64,000 nt of DNA from an uncultured Verrucomicrobia subdivision 3 bacterium (GTDB lineage: Bacteria > Verrucomicrobiota > Verrucomicrobiia > Limisphaerales > UBA11358), in assembly GCA_903884535.1 (NCBI GenBank), contig CAISEZ010000090.1:1953-65952 (forward strand). Direction: 5' to 3'. Made by a program: the position numbers and the translations under genes. The first letter of the stretch is position 1. Every line of letters begins with the position of its first letter. Positions 62,142 to 64,000 of this stretch are shown in pieces. The notes beneath the pieces were generated by a model. It searched no databases. It was not told the origin of the DNA and saw nothing but the letters and a program-made list of their open reading frames with translations.

Positions 62142-63200
62142 ATGAAAAAACTCCGCGTCGGATTTTTGAGCACCGCCGGCATCGGCAAAAAAAACTGGAA
62201 GGCCGTTTTCAATTCTGGTAATAGCGTCGTGGCCGCAGTCGCCAGCCGCGACCTCAACAAAAGCCGCAATTACATTGACGAATGCCAGCGCGAATCCGCC
62301 TTTGCCGAAACGCCGCGCGCGTTCGGCCGCTACGAGGAATTGATCGCCTCGCCGGACGTGGACGCCATTTACAATCCGTTGCCGACGGGCCTGCGCAAAG
62401 AATGGGTCTTGCGCGCGGCGGCCGCCGGCAAGCATGTGCTTTGCGAAAAACCGTGCGGCACCAGCGTCGCCGACCTCGACGAAATGGTTGCCGCGTGCGC
62501 CAAAAACCAGGTGCAATTCCTGGACGGCGTGATGTTCATGCACAGCCCGCGCCTCGCCAAAATTCGCGAGATGTTGAGCGATGAAAAAAGCATCGGCGAA
62601 ATCCGGCACATTTCCTCGGCCTTCAGTTTTCTGGGCGGCGGAAATTTTTATGATGGCATCCGCGTGAACCGCGCGCTGGAGCCGGCCGGCTGCCTTGGCG
62701 ATCTCGGCTGGTATTGCATCCGGTTCGCGCTCTGGGCGCTGAACTGGCAACTGCCGCGCGAAGTCACCGCGAAAAATTTGTCGAAAAATACCGCGTCGGC
62801 GCCGACCGAATTCACCGCCGAGCTACTTTGCGACAACGGCGTTTCTGTCAGTTTTTATTGCTCATTTCTCGCCGCCAACCAGCAATGGGTTCACGTCAGC
62901 GGCCAAAACGGTTGGCTGCGCGTGCCCGGCTTCGTTCATCCGCTGAACAGCTACGAACCGGCGTTCGAGGTGAATGACGCGGAAGTTTGCGTCACCTCCG
63001 ATGTGAAATGTCCGCCGGGCGCCGATTCCCGGGCGTCCGGCCACGCCACGGCGCAAGACACGCGGATGTGGCGAAATTTTGCGAACCAGATTTTCTCCGG
63101 CCAGCTCAATGCCGAATGGCCGATGTGGGCGCAGAAAACGCAAATTGTTTTGGATGCCTGCCACGAAGCCTCACGGCGCGCTGCGCCGGTGAAGATTTAG
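62142..63200 (+). CDS. Gfo/Idh/MocA family NAD(P)-dependent oxidoreductase
   Basis: 352 aa. N-terminal Rossmann (LRVGFLSTAGIGKK) and the VLCEKP motif. Confidence 0.85.
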   Translation: MKKLRVGFLSTAGIGKKNWKAVFNSGNSVVAAVASRDLNKSRNYIDECQRESAFAETPRAFGRYEELIASPDVDAIYNPLPTGLRKEWVLRAAAAGKHVLCEKPCGTSVADLDEMVAACAKNQVQFLDGVMFMHSPRLAKIREMLSDEKSIGEIRHISSAFSFLGGGNFYDGIRVNRALEPAGCLGDLGWYCIRFALWALNWQLPREVTAKNLSKNTASAPTEFTAELLCDNGVSVSFYCSFLAANQQWVHVSGQNGWLRVPGFVHPLNSYEPAFEVNDAEVCVTSDVKCPPGADSRASGHATAQDTRMWRNFANQIFSGQLNAEWPMWAQKTQIVLDACHEASRRAAPVKI

Positions 63201-63275
63201 AATCTACGAAATACAAAAATCACCCGAAAGCAGATTTTGTTTTTGTGCATTTCGTGGTTTATCAAAAAAGTCCGT
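63200..63275. repeat. 7-nt-periodic inverted array element, second copy of the 49381 family, just upstream of the tyrA-like start
   Basis: Shares ACGAAATACA and the 17-mer ATTTCGTGGTTTATCAA with 49392-49465. Confidence 0.6.
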
Positions 63276-63281
63276 TCCGCT

Positions 63282-64000
63282 ATGCTTCGCGCCGTGCAGT
63301 TTCAGAAAATAACCATCGTCGGTGTCGGCTTGCTCGGCGGTTCCATTGGGCTGGCCGTGCGCCGCCGCAAGCTCGCGCGCGAAGTCGTCGGCTACGTCCG
63401 TCGCGCCGCGAGTTTGAAGGATTGCGAACGCGCGGCGGCGGTGGATTATGCGACGACCGATCTGCTCGCCGCGGTTTCCAATGCCGATCTCGTGATCCTG
63501 TGCACGCCGCTCGCGCAGATGCGCGCGCTCGCGGAGCAAATTCTGCCCGCGCTGAAACGCGGCGCGATTGTCACCGACGTCGGCAGCGTGAAAGCCGGGG
63601 TCGTGCGCGAGTTGGAATCTGTCATCGCCAAGGCGGGCGCGCATTTTGTGGGCAGCCATCCGATGGCCGGCGGTGAAAAAATGGGCGTGCTGGCCGCGCG
63701 GGCGGATTTGTTCGACCGCGCCGTCTGCATCGTGACGCCGACAAAAAAATCCAATGCGACCGCCGTCCGCAAGCTGGAACAATTTTGGAAATCGCTCGGC
63801 GCGCGCACGGTGAAGTTGGAAGCAACCAAACACGACCGGCTGGTGAGCCGCGCAAGTCATCTGCCGCATGTCGTCGCGGCGGCGTTGGCGGGAATGGTTT
63901 TGGATCCGAAGCAATCGCCGGTGCTGGCAGAATTGTGCGCGACCGGTTTTCGGGACACGACGCGCATCGCGTCCGGTTCGCCGGAAATGTGGCGCGACAT
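63282..64000 (+). CDS. tyrA: Prephenate/arogenate dehydrogenase (N-terminal ~239 codons; continues beyond the window end)
   Basis: Not in the ORF track because there is no stop in the window. Hand translation gives MLRAVQFQKITIVGVGLLGGSIGLAVRR...VTDVGSVK...FVGSHPMAGGEK...HDRLVSRASHLPH... Confidence 0.85.
   Translation, partial: MLRAVQFQKITIVGVGLLGGSIGLAVRRRKLAREVVGYVRRAASLKDCERAAAVDYATTDLLAAVSNADLVILCTPLAQMRALAEQILPALKRGAIVTDVGSVKAGVVRELESVIAKAGAHFVGSHPMAGGEKMGVLAARADLFDRAVCIVTPTKKSNATAVRKLEQFWKSLGARTVKLEATKHDRLVSRASHLPHVVAAALAGMVLDPKQSPVLAELCATGFRDTTRIASGSPEMWRD

Overview
High-GC (about 60% by eye) bacterial chromosomal segment. The gene content suggests a Verrucomicrobiota/PVC-type organism (inference): a PEP-CTERM protein, PATR autotransporter-associated repeats, a planctomycete-type cytochrome c domain, TMTC-like GT-C/TPR enzymes and giant Thr/Ser-rich surface proteins. 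I support about 50 protein genes. Housekeeping genes are tgt, panC, nadB, uvrB, purA, uppS, dnaG, a tyrA-like gene, and RluA- and TrmH-family enzymes. Envelope and carbohydrate genes include three tandem GT-C glycosyltransferases, a PL11-like lyase fused to PATR repeats, GH95, and a GDP-mannose 3,5-epimerase operon. I recognised no rRNA, tRNA, CRISPR, integrase or transposase. Two genes run off the window edges and are therefore missing from the ORF track: a giant repeat protein at 1..4129 (-) and a prephenate dehydrogenase at 63282..64000 (+). Main hunt results: (1) A decayed second copy of the uvrB promoter and 5' end lies 4.47 kb upstream of intact uvrB and brackets a two-gene operon (secreted protein plus beta-barrel), which looks like an insertion footprint. 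(2) Two unrelated AT-richer mini-ORFs are each boxed by the same inverted-repeat motif, whose heptamers fit integron attC cores (GCCTAAC / GTTAGGC), with no integrase in view. (3) A palindromic element family and a family of 7-nt-periodic arrays are inserted in frame inside conserved genes (uvrB, RluA-family, dnaG, GH95, CbiX-like, TMTC-like) and form inverted arrays just upstream of three start codons. (4) Three TMTC/PMT-like GT-C transferases lie directly upstream of a giant FN3-repeat protein, a candidate protein O-glycosylation module. (5) A tightly coupled four-gene operon encodes gme, an ankyrin protein, a GHMP kinase and a tandem cytidylyltransferase. (6) An AT-rich membrane/zinc-ribbon gene is wedged between purA and uppS. 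All functional calls rest on motif recognition by eye; no searches were run.
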